The position numbers and the translations under genes are program-made. A model generated the notes under the pieces. That model was given only the letters and a program-made list of their open reading frames with translations. It had not been told where the DNA came from and made no database searches. A DNA stretch of 64,000 nucleotides from Eledone cirrhosa (lineage: Eukaryota): the NCBI GenBank assembly GCA_964016885.1, contig OZ024742.1, positions 307,830,001-307,894,000 of the forward strand, written 5' to 3'. Below are positions 53,188 to 64,000 of the stretch, piece after piece. Position 1 is the stretch's first letter. The number at the start of each line of letters is the position of its first letter.

Positions 53188-56100
53188 CTATAGGCGCATG
53201 GTCAAAGTAGGCCCATTCACATGATCCATTCTCGCCACATTCATCCACCTTTTAGCAAATGTACTGGGGGCAGCACTTCTCTCTCCACCCTCACCTTCCT
53301 TTCCGGGTGAAACTTGAAGAAGTTGATGAGGGATTGGCCGAAGAGAAAAGTGCCTGTCTTCACTCCTTTTAATCTGATCCACCATATAACCTCTTTTGCA
53401 ACTGCCACCAGACAGAGGAAAATTTCCCGCTCTTCTTCACCTAAGGAAGGCGGCGGATCGATCTTTACTATGGTCTCGGCCGATAGCCGGATTCGTTCCA
53501 CACGCGACAGTAGCAGTTCGACATAACTCCACAAGTCAGTAATGCACGGACATTTGACAAGTGCGTGCAGATGGGTTTCGTCGTTCTGTGCGCATCTTAG
53601 GCAGGTTTGTCTGACAGCACTTCGGTGCCTGTAGAGTTTATCCCGAATCGGCAGTGCCCCCCGGTAGCACTGCCAAGCGAGGTATTTCTGGAAATTGTAC
53701 ATCGTCCCCGGATCGAAAGTCCTCCGGTACAGACTGATCAGTTCGACTTCGTCGAGGCCCAAAGCTTCTCCGAGTGCGTCATCGCACTTGCCCACCACTA
53801 ATCCTCTATAGAACTCGAGAGTGGAAGTTCCACTGATCGCATTGCCCGCTTGGTAGAGGGCAGTGAGTGCCTGGCAACATTCCAGGTGCCAGTCACCCAG
53901 TCTCGGTTTCTTCTTGACCCAGGACTGCAGCTCAGTCAAAGAAACGCGCTGCGGAAAGGACCGTCAGATAAACGGCGACCACACCTGTTCACCGTTTAGG
54001 CAGAATACCTGGAGATGTTGCAGCCTAAACGCATGTCTGCGCATCTTTAGCCACGGCATGCCCAGCCCTCCGCGTAGAGGGTGCTGGCAGCAGATGGACC
54101 GCCTCACTAACGGAACTTGTGCCCTCCAAAGAATTTGAAGAGGAGCCGTTCCAACTTGACGAGGCGCAGACGGGGGCAAGGCACGACGGTCTGGCGGTAG
54201 TAGATGACGGACGCGATGTACGCATTCGCACCTCCGCGCGACCTTTCAGTGATAGCTTCCTCCCAGCCCATTTTTGGGCGAGACTGGCTACTCTGCTCGT
54301 TACCTCGTCCCAACTCTTTTCCACCTGGACGTCTGGTCTGAACCAAACCCCGAGCAACTCTACCAGTCCGTCCGTCCAGCGCCCCACGACGCTGTTGGAC
54401 GGCATAGGCCTACCTCTCCAGGTTCCGAGCTGCAAGCCCACCGACATTTCCGGGTTAAGTTTGGCTCCTGTCAACATTTCATATTCCTTCAATACGTTGC
54501 CGACCACCTCGATTTCTGAGGTGTTCGACACAATCACAATCACTGCCTTTCCACGTCCCGGTTCGAGCGGGATGCCCTGCAACAGCTCCAGCTTCCGCAG
54601 TAAAGGCTCGAGAGTCAATACGCACAGAAGGCAAGAGAGGGGGCACCCTTGACGGACCAATCGGGAGAGCCGAAATGATTCCGAAAGGTGGCCATTAACC
54701 TTGACCACCGAGCGTGTGCCGCTGTGCATTGCAGCGATTCAGCTTCTGCAGACAGGGCTGAAGCCAGCTGCTTTGAGGACAAATTCCAGATACCGATGGT
54801 CGACCCTATCGAATGCTTTCGATTGATCTAAATTGATCAGTGCCCCACCGAAGCCAGGTTTACACGCTACCCTCTCTATGATGTAGCGCATGAGGTGGAG
54901 ATTGTCATGTATGGACCTGGCTGGGATTGCGCAAGTTTGTGCCTCCCCAACCAAATCCTCGACGACAAGCGCCAATCTCTTTGCTAACACCTTGGCCAAA
55001 ATCTTAAACTCTGTGTTGAGCATAGTTATGGGCCTGAAGTTGTCTAATGTATCCCTCTTGTTCTCGTCTTTCCTTATCAGCGTCACCACTCCCTTGCTCA
55101 CAGAACTGGGAATACTCCCATTCTGCTGCCAGTTGCAGTAGAGTGCTTCGAGGAGATCGGAGAACAAGCCTGGTATATTTACGTAAAGCTCGTAGGGCAG
55201 GCCGTCCAAACCGGGTGACTTGCGCCTCATGCAGCCGACAAGGGCCTCTTGAATTTCGGCTGAAGTAATCGGCCTTTGGCAGCGCTCAGCGTCGACCGTC
55301 TAGATGCGCGGCAAGCCGTCAAGGTAGGGACTGATATCTGCTACTCTCTCTGACTCGCCACTCTCTCCGAACAACCGAGCAAAGTGCTGGCGAAAGGCCT
55401 CACACATCCGCTTGGAATCGCTTATCTCGTGTCCGTCTCGGTCCGCAAAAGACCGAATTGTGGTTTTATTACCAAGCTGCGTCCCCGCCACGCGGGCCCA
55501 TCGAACAGCTTTGGTTCCCTCGTTTCTCAGCGCACGTGCCTTAGCTCTGACAATGCAACCTTCGTGTTTCGCATGGAAGAAATGGGCTAATGCCATTCTC
55601 GCCGCTAGAACATCAGTTGCAATGCCACTACAAATAGCCTCGTCTAACTTATCTACCAGCTCCCCCTCCTTTCTATTTTTCTCTAACGCTAGTTCTTTGC
55701 TGAACTCTATCGAAGTTATTCTAATCTCTCTTTTGAGAGCCCCACCATCTGTTGTTGATGATCCCCCTGTCAACATTTGCTTAACTAAATTGTTGACTCG
55801 GTCCCTGTAAGCCTTACGTGCCGGAAATGACATGTTCAGCTTCCAGTAACCCGGTCCCAACCCACGCGTTTTATCTAGCTTGACCATACAGATCACAATT
55901 TTGTGATCTGAATAGGCGACTGTTTAAAAAGTGGGCAGCCTACACTATTTCTATTTATTTTTCTAATGAAGATCCTGTATATATACGATCTAGATGACTC
56001 CATTCGGTTGGTCCATGTCCATACTGGCACATTGGGGAAATCTAGTCGATACCTGTCAAACAGTTGGAATTGGCTGAGTAGGTGCTTGAGGCTTTTGTAC

Positions 56101-56582
56101 CCCCCGCTCCTATCAGCTACTCCCACACAATCCCAGCGTGCGTCTAAGATGGCATTCCAGTCCTCCGCTAACAGTAAAGGGCGAGACGTACCCAGAATGG
56201 TCTCCAGGCGCCTAAAGAAGTCCGGTCGTCCGGCCCCTGTAGGGGCGTAGACGGCCAGTAGTCTAAAGGCACAAACTTCGCTACTGCTCACATCCAAGTC
56301 CACCAACTTACCGTCCGGGTCCCGGAAGATCAACCTTACCTCAAGATCCAGTCCTTTCCTAAACAGCACTGCCACCCCACCCCCCATTCCCGGCCTGCTA
56401 ACAGATGCGAAGATCTGATAGTCATCGAAAATGGGGGCTAGTGCGCGCGTGTCGGAAATTATGGTCTCGTTGACGGCAATCACATCCATTTCCAGTGACC
56501 TGAGGTCGTTGAGCAGGCGACCCTGCTTTCAGGGTGACCCCAGGCCGCGAACATTTAAACTTCCTACTCTTAATATGGCCAT
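53188..56582 (-). pseudogene. Tx1 family C ORF2 (APE, RT, CCHC), disrupted
   Basis: SLNVRGL, VYAP, PGYWKLN, KSPGLDGLPYE, DQSKAFDRVDH, RQGCPLS, CLRC..ETHLHALVKCP. Confidence 0.92.
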
Positions 56583-56611
56583 GTTGGCAAGCTAAAAGTG
56601 AGAGGGGAGGT

Positions 56612-58533
56612 TTACTTACCTCCCGGGGTCTTGTGAAGGTCGGGTGGTTCGACCTCCATGGGTGGTGGGGTTTCTTTTGGGAACCTCTTTAAAAGTCTCG
56701 ATGTGGGTTTCACATTCGGAGTTCCCACGTCTTGAGGAAAGCTCTCCCGAATTTCTTTTAAGGAATCGAGTGACATTCGGACCAGAAGCAAATCTTCTGG
56801 CACGCAAAATGTGCTCATTTCAAAAATCTCCCGCTCTGTTTGAATGTCCTCGCTTCGTGCTAAGAGGGCCATCAGTTTATCGTTGGCCCTCCTGACAAGC
56901 ACGAAGTTTTTAACATTTTGTTGGTGTAGTTTTATTTGTTTTCGTTTTAGTGACTGTGGTGCTGTTGATGGTTTTAGTGGTGTTGTTTCGGATATGTCTG
57001 TGTTTGTTGTAGGTGTGGTGTCTGCAATTTCAGGTATTTGTGTGTTTATTTGTACTTGTGTTTGTTTAGGTTGTTTGCGTTTCGTAGATTGTGGGGGTGG
57101 TGTCGATGTTGCTGTTGGTGGTGATGTTATTGGGGAAGTGTTTGCGTTAGTGGTGTCTGTATTTTTTGTTGTGTATATTTTTCTGTTTTGTTGGGGCTTT
57201 TTTTTGTGAGTTTTCTGTTTTCTTTGCACTTTTGGGTTTTCCTTCATCTTCGCTGCTGGAAGACAAAGGGTCTGTGGCTGTGAGTGTCTCTGTGTCTGTG
57301 TGTGCGTTTATTATTTTGTCTATGTGTATAATGGGGGGGGGGTAGGGGGAGTGGGAGAGCGTTTTCCCCTTGGATTGGGTTCGGTGTTGGTGGTGGTCCG
57401 GCTGTTTTTATCCGTGTCTTTGTTGGTGTTGTTTTTGGTGGTGGTGGTGCAGCTTTCCGTGCTGACACTGGCGTTGGCAACAAAGGAGGTTTGCGACCCC
57501 CTGCATTTTTGCGCTGAGGGCAGAAGGCTTGCAGATTCGTTGCTTCCTTGCAGTCGAAGCAGTATGGCCTTCTTCCTTCAGTGATTAGTTGGATTGTTGT
57601 CCCGTCCTGCAGGCGGGCAAAATCCGGGATGTTGTTCATGTCCTCCGGTTTATTTGGAGAAGAATCTCCAAATCCATTCCGGACCAGTCTTCTCTCTCTG
57701 TCCTTTTGATATCCAGGAGGGTAGTGTCTGTCCCCTCCTCGATTACGCATCCCAGCAGCCACCATATGTTCATTCCAGGTGGGATGCTGGGAATTCGGAC
57801 CTTTACTGTCCTTTTACCCATGTAGGATGGGTGCATGATAATGCGTTCCGTTCTGCAGGAGGTCACCGATTGCTTAATAGCAAGGCCCTCGGTTTTGAAC
57901 AGTACCGAGATGGTACCGAACTGTTTGGCTCTTGCTTTATACTCTATGTCACTCCCGATGCACTCCAAAGCAGCCTCAACCTCTGCTTGGCTGGCAAGTT
58001 CCACTTTTCGTCTCTGCACCGAAATGCATCAAAAGTACACCGTCCTCCTTTGCATGGCCGCTATTGCCCCGTCCGGGATGGTCAGGTTTGCCCAGGACTT
58101 CTCCCGTTTAATTAACCTCCACGCCTGGGCCAACTGTTCGTCTTTATCGCTAATATCAATATTCAATAAGCGCTTTGTTTTTGCTGCTTCTGCAGCAAAT
58201 GTGGTGCTTCTGATGCTCTTGTTGTTGGTGTTGTCATTCTTGCTTTTGTTATAGGTGTTGTTGTTGTTATTTTGTTTGTTGTTGCTGTTGCCACCGCCAT
58301 CCGTGTTTACATTGAAGTTGTCGGTGTTATTGTCGTTGTTGCTCTGAGTTGTTGTTGTTGTTATGGTGGTGGTGGTGGTGGTGGTGATGTCGTTTTCAGA
58401 TGATACTGCTGCCAACACAAAAGGTTGTGATGGTAGCTTTTGAGTTTTGCCTTCACATTCACAAATATACAGTGGCTGCTTTTGAAATTTTGACCTGAAC
58501 GATGTTTACCGTTTCGAGGTCGAAAATTTCCAT
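56612..58533 (-). pseudogene. Tx1 family C ORF1, disrupted
   Basis: Homologous blocks RRKVELASQAEVEAAL, FGTISVLF, PSYMGKRTVKVRI and EGRRPYCFDC. Confidence 0.78.
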
Positions 58534-58779
58534 ATTTTTTTTATTTTGGTGGGGAAGCGATTTTTTTCGAAGTTTTTAAAAATAAATCTGAATATTTGGG
58601 CTTAAAGCCCGAATATTGAGATGTATCCCTTCCTTGAAACCAAGGTAGGTACCTTATGTTTCGTTAACGACAAGAAAATACAAAAACTGATACTTTAAAA
58701 CAGCTTAAAGTTACGAACCTTTTCCCACGCAGACTTGTCCGTCTTCACACATGTGCGTCAAGTAATAAAATAATAATAA

Positions 58780-60888
58780 TGGATAAATGCCTTCACAGAG
58801 TCTCATGAGCTGTTAGCCCAACTTTACAATGAAATGGTTAAGGAGCCAGAAATGATACCATCATGGCTAGTTAACGGCATTACATTCCTACTTCCGAAGA
58901 ATGATGAGACAAACAATCCCCAAAATTACAGACCAATAACTTGCTTGACCACAATGTATAAAATTTTAACATCAGTCCTAACTGAATACACATATGATCA
59001 CCTGATAACAAATGATCTATTTCCCAATGACCAGAAAGGGTATAAACGAGGCTCATATGGCTGTAAAGATCAGCTTTTGGTTAGCAAAATGATACTGGAA
59101 GATTGTCATAATAGACACACAAATCTATCAATTGCTTGGATAGATTACAAAAAAGCATTCGATAGTTTACCACACGGTTGGATTGAAAAATGTTTAGAGA
59201 TTTTCAAAATATCTCCCGTTGTCAGGAGGTTGCTGTCATTCAGTATGAAGACATGGAAAACGACACTCCTTTTGAATAGTGAAAAAATATCACTGGATGC
59301 TGGAGAAATTAATATTAATTGTGGAATTTTTCAGGGTGACTCTTTATCACCGCTTTTATTCTGCATCGCACTTATACCATTAAGTAAAATGCTCAATCAA
59401 ACAAAACATGGATATAAAGTCTATGACAAAACCATTAATCACTTGTTCTACATGGATGACATGAAACTATTTGCAAAAAATGATGAACAATTGCAAGGGC
59501 TATTATCCACTGTGAAGCAGTTCAGTGATGACATTAAAATGGAGTTTGGACTAGATAAATGCGCCAAAAGAACGTTCACCAGGGGAAAGCTGCTGAAAGG
59601 TTCAGACATTAATCTTGATCGGGGGAATGTGATAAGAGAACTTGATCAAGAGGAAACTTACAAATATCTAGGTGTTTGTAAAGGAAACGGAATCAAGCAC
59701 TCGAGAATGAGGGAAAGGATAAGAAAGGAATGTTACCGCAGAGTAAGAGCAAACTTAAGGACGGAATTGAATGCAAGGAATAGGATCAATGCCATAAACA
59801 CTCTTGCTATACCAGTAGTAACTTACAGTTTCAATGTCATCAACTGGTCAAAAACAGAGATCCGTAGGCTCGATACAAAAGATGCACAAATATACAGTAA
59901 TGGACTACAAATTTCAGAAGTTCCATTTACTGCTGAAATGAAAAACACAGAAAAAGCAAAGCAGGTAAAAGTAACTGCAAAGAAAGAACTGCTACAGAAA
60001 CTGGCTAAGAAATGGCAAGAAAAGCCTTTGTATGGAAAATACCCAGAAAGAGCTAACAATCCTGATGTTGACAAAATTTTAACCCATCAGTGGTTGGCAT
60101 CCCCTGGACTGAAATCGGAGACTGAATCACTAATTTTATCTGCACAAGATCAGTGTCTGCCAACAAAAAATTACCAAGCCAACATAATAAGAAAATGGAT
60201 GCAACCCATTATGCCGTGTATGTAAAAAACAACCAGAGACCATTGATCATATAATTTCAATGTGCAGTCCTATAGCTCCAAAGGAATACCTAAACAGGCA
60301 TGACAGAGCTGCGCAATGCATACATTGGATGTGTAAGCATTTTGACCTGCGCCATCAAAAGAATTGGTGGGAGCATCAACCACCTCCCATACTTGAAAAA
60401 GATCACATCTCAATCTTGTGGAACTTTAGCATCCAAACAGACCGAAAAATAGATATAATACTGATATAATACTGAAGGACTTTAAAAAGAGGGTATGCCT
60501 GCTAATTGATATGTCCGTTCCAATAGACAAGAATATATCTATAAAACATTTGAAAAATTGAGCAAGTATAAAGACCTGGAGATAGAAATTGGAAAACTGT
60601 GGAAATTGAGAACTAAAACGACACCAGTGGTTGTAGGCGCTCTAGGAATGATATCTAATGATTACTTATCGCAAATCCCAGGAAATACAAAAGATAGTAC
60701 TAGTGGGAACTGCCCATATACTAAGGAAGATTCTGTCAATATAAGTACATCACAAGTCTAAACAGCTGAAAATGCAAGTGTGTGTATGTGTGTTCTTTCT
60801 TGAACATGGCGGACCTTGTTGTCTCTTTAGGTCACTGGTTGTGACTTGGTGATAACTCGTATGAACATAAATCAAGATAAATGCAATT

Positions 60889-60889
<1 letters not shown>
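58780..60889 (+). mobile_element. R4/Dong LINE family D2, 5'-truncated and disrupted
   Basis: ORF 58834-60225 YRPITCL, DYKKAFDSLPH, GIFQGDSLSP, FYMDDMKLFA; then CRVC..ETIDHIISMC..RHD and endonuclease remnants. TAA flanks. Confidence 0.93.
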
Positions 60890-60922
<33 letters not shown>

Positions 60923-60926
<4 letters not shown>

Positions 60927-61109
60927 TGTTTCTACTTTAGGCACAAGGCCAGCAATTACCCAGTGCATTACTGGTACTTTATTTTATCGACCCCCGTAAG
61001 GATGAAAGGCAAAGTCAACCTCGGCGGGATTTGAACTCAGATCCTAAAGGGACATAACTATGCTGGAAAGCGTAGCGTACGACCCTCTACCGATACTGCC
61101 AATCCACCG
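60923..61109 (-). mobile_element. tRNA-derived SINE inserted in the (TAA)n spacer
   Basis: Full match. The tail runs into (ATT)n. Confidence 0.92.
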
Positions 61110-61118
61110 TATAATAAT

Positions 61119-63230
61119 GCTTTCTTTATTAACCATAAGTGTTTACACAAAGTAGACATTAAGGACAGTAGAGGACAATACAGGACGGTACAAAAGGAAG
61201 TCTCTGATGTCTTTGGGGAATTTTTTTTTAGTGTAGTGTACGTTTTCTGTGTGATGCGAGTGATTTGTATGTGTGGAGGTGGTGTGAACTTTTGGGTTGT
61301 TGTGTAGTCTTTTTCTGTGATGCTGGTGTTGTGTTGGATGTAGTGTAATAATTGGTTGTTGTTCAAATTTATTGATGTGTAGTGTGTATCGTTTTGGTTG
61401 TTTTGTTTTGTTTGCGTTTTTTGTGGGTTTGTTTCTGTTTCGCTTTTTGGTGACTTTTGTGGTGTTGGTGATGGTGGTGTTGGGGTTAATGATGGTGCTG
61501 GTGTTGGTATTTGTGGTGATGGGGTTGGTGATGCTGGTGTGGATGGTGGCATAGCTGTCCTAACTTTTTTGTTTGATAGTTTATTTGTTTCCCTCTGTAT
61601 TCTGTTTTTGGAGGGGGAAGGAAGGGGATTTTTTCTTTTTTGGTTTCTTTTTCTTTTTTTTCTTTTTTTCTGATACCGTTTCCCACTCCTCGTCGTCACA
61701 ATCTGTCTCCAGTTGCGATAGGTCGGGGAGTGGAAAATCCTCCACAGGCGTTGGTTTTGGTTGTGGCGTGGTGGATGATGTAGGCGCTGGTGCTAGTTCT
61801 GGCGCGTTGGGTGGTGGTGGTGTTGGTTTTGCTACTGTTGCTGGGGTTGTTGCTGTTACAGTTGCTTCTGTTGTTGCTGCTACAGTTGTTGCTGCTACAG
61901 TTGTTGCTGCCATTTCTGTTGCTGGTGGGGATGATGGTTGAGTCACTGGGCTGGGAAAGAGAGGTGGCCTCAACCTTTTAGCCTGAAGGCAGAAAGTCCT
62001 TAGGTGGGTTCCTTCACCACAAACGACACACCTAGGCCTTCTGCCCTCGACGATTACGATGAGGTGGCTGCCGTTAGTGAGGTCTATTACCTCTGGGATC
62101 TCCTCAATGCTTTTTTGGTCCGCTTGGATCACGAGCTCCATCCCAGATCCGACCAGTTCTCCTGCTTTTCTTTCGCTATTTCGATTATCTTGGTGTTGGC
62201 TTCGATGCTGGCGAGGATAGCAGCCATTAGACAGGGAATTTCGATGGCCGGTGGAACGTGGGTCACCCTGATCTTCACGAGTCTCTGGCCACAATAGCTT
62301 GGGACGAGTGTGAAGTCGTCACTTCTTAATGGGGCCATGGAGTCTTCTCTGGCCTCCTGTGGTGTTTCAAAGAACACGTCCACGGTTCCATATTTTTGCC
62401 CACGTCTGGTGTGGTTTGTTTTGCCGACACATGTCCCAAAGCTTTTTGGATTTGGGACTCGGATGCCCGTTCCACTCGGCGCGATTTTATGTTAATCGTC
62501 CGATAAGGGGTGAAGCTGACCCTGTACCCATCTTTCTTTACCATTTTTTTGGCTTCTTCTAATTCCTCCTGAGTTACCTGGGATGCTTCGCACTTTTTTG
62601 CTACTCTGGCAAAAAACAAGGTTTTCTTATTCTCATTGTTTCTGTTGTTGTTATCGTTATTTTTGTTATTGTTAATTTTAGTTTCAGTTGTGGTGGTGGT
62701 GGCGTCAGTGGTGTTCGGTGTGGAAGAGTTCATTTTGGCTGAGTTCGTTTCGATATCACGAGATAATTTATTTTTTTCTTTTGTTTCTGTTGTCGCTGTG
62801 GTGGTGGTGGTGGTGGTGGTGGTAGGTTCAACACCTGCAGTCATTGGTAATGGCGGGAAATGAATGTCTGCCTGAGACAAATTTAAAATATTGCTACTGC
62901 TTATATTTTTAGTGTTGGCAAACGTAGTAGTATTTACAATGGTGGTGTCGGTGTTAGGTGTTAGTTTGTGAGGAAGGCTCTCAGCTACTGGGTCAGCTGT
63001 GAGTCGGCCATGATTTTTCAAAGAAATATTTCTTTTATGTTTGATAATTATAAAAGTTTAAATTTTGGACTCAAGGCCCCAATCTTTTTAAGTGTCCTTT
63101 TCAGAAAACAATGTATGTGCACTTATATACATTTAACAATAAACATTTTCCATGAATGGCAATTTTAAACAACTGAAAATAACAAACCTTTGCGGAGCTC
63201 ACGATAATACGATTGACTACGTAGGTCGCC
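61119..63230 (-). mobile_element. ORF1-only Tx1 type A derivative (no ORF2) with intact 5' end and ~85-bp 3' tail
   Basis: 61860-63230 is homologous to 43820-45229. EGRRPRCVVCGEGTHLRTFC. 61119-61200 matches the 3' terminus at 43035 and 46944. Confidence 0.88.
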
Positions 63231-63236
63231 AATAAT

Positions 63237-63267
<31 letters not shown>

Positions 63268-63268
<1 letters not shown>

Positions 63269-64000
63269 GAGAAAACTGAATTCAGAGATCAACAGACATG
63301 GAACTGGTTGAAAAGAGGAGACTTTAAACAGGCTACAGAAGGAATACTAATGGCTGCGCAAGAGCAGGACCTCAAAACGAAGTGGCTGAAACACCATATT
63401 TACAAGGAGGAGGCTAGCCCACTGTGCAGGATCTGTGGAGAGAGAGAGGAGACTGTGGCTCACATTGTATCCGAGTGTAAACACCTAGCCCAGACTCACT
63501 ATAAAGGCTGGAGACATGATGTGATGAGCAGGGTGATCCACTGGCACCTATGCAAAGTAAACAATTTACCACATTCTGAGAAGTGGTATGAGCATAAGCC
63601 AGAGTCGGTGATAGAAAACGATCAGGTGAAGATGCTGTGGGATTTTAGGATACAGACGGACAAGAAACTGGAACACAATATACCTGACCTGGTGGTTTTG
63701 GACAAGGAAAACAGATCGTGGCTGATTGTGGATGTCGCCTGCCCATTCGACACGAGAGTGCAAGAGAAGGAGAGGGAGAAAATTACCCGATACCAGGAAT
63801 TAAAGTGGGAGGTAAAAAGGATTTGGAACTACCATGAAGTCAAAGTGGTCCCGATTGTCATAGGCCCACTAGGTACTATCTCAAAAAGTTTCCAGGGATG
63901 GTTAAAGAAAATTGGCCCCGCCCCGCTTTTTGGAACACTTCAAAAGGCATGCTTGCTGGGAACAGCAAGAACCCTCCGATATGTCCTGAATATCTGAGGC
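63268..64000 (+). mobile_element. R4/Dong LINE family D1, 5'-truncated, runs off the window
   Basis: ORF 63308-63997 is near-identical to the C-terminal part of 45294-46832. Confidence 0.93.

Larger units (their letters stand above)
52909..58762 (-). mobile_element. Full-length (~5.85 kb) Tx1/L1-clade LINE, divergent family C, frameshifted
   Basis: ORF1 about 58533 to 56612 and ORF2 56582 to 53188. TAA flanks. Confidence 0.93.

Noticed and set aside
42600-64000. CRISPR-like or telomeric interpretation of the repeat-spaced array
   Set aside because: The spacers are kb-sized LINEs and the repeats are (TAA)n. There are no cas genes and no TTAGGG.

Overview
AT-rich, microsatellite-dense eukaryotic DNA, probably from an octopod cephalopod (inferred from the SINE and repeat landscape). 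I found no supportable host protein-coding gene, rRNA or tRNA. Nearly all recognisable content is mobile DNA, sorted by the microsatellite it sits in. (i) R4/Dong-type RT plus restriction-like-endonuclease LINEs are stacked in (CATA)n at 1.2-5.0 kb. (ii) Many Penelope-like elements (RT/GIY-YIG, fold-back pLTRs, hammerhead ribozymes) sit in (TA)n at 8-37 kb, including a near-complete frameshifted copy at 22.07-25.73 kb. (iii) A polarised array of over 21 kb (42.6 kb to the window end) holds plus-strand R4/Dong LINEs and minus-strand Tx1/L1-clade LINEs, with a (TAA)n tract at every junction. There are also about 15 copies of a tRNA-derived SINE, two hAT-type MITE families, a probable non-autonomous Helitron and two CR1/L2 relics. 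The most notable observations are: the polarised (TAA)n array; a 3' tail and ATTA target shared by the SINE and Tx1 (candidate SINE/LINE partnership); a covarying hairpin conserved downstream of the hammerheads in several unrelated Penelope families; a U3-A8 variant hammerhead; and ORF1 swapping and ORF1-only derivatives among the Tx1 copies. All analysis was by eye, so boundaries are approximate.
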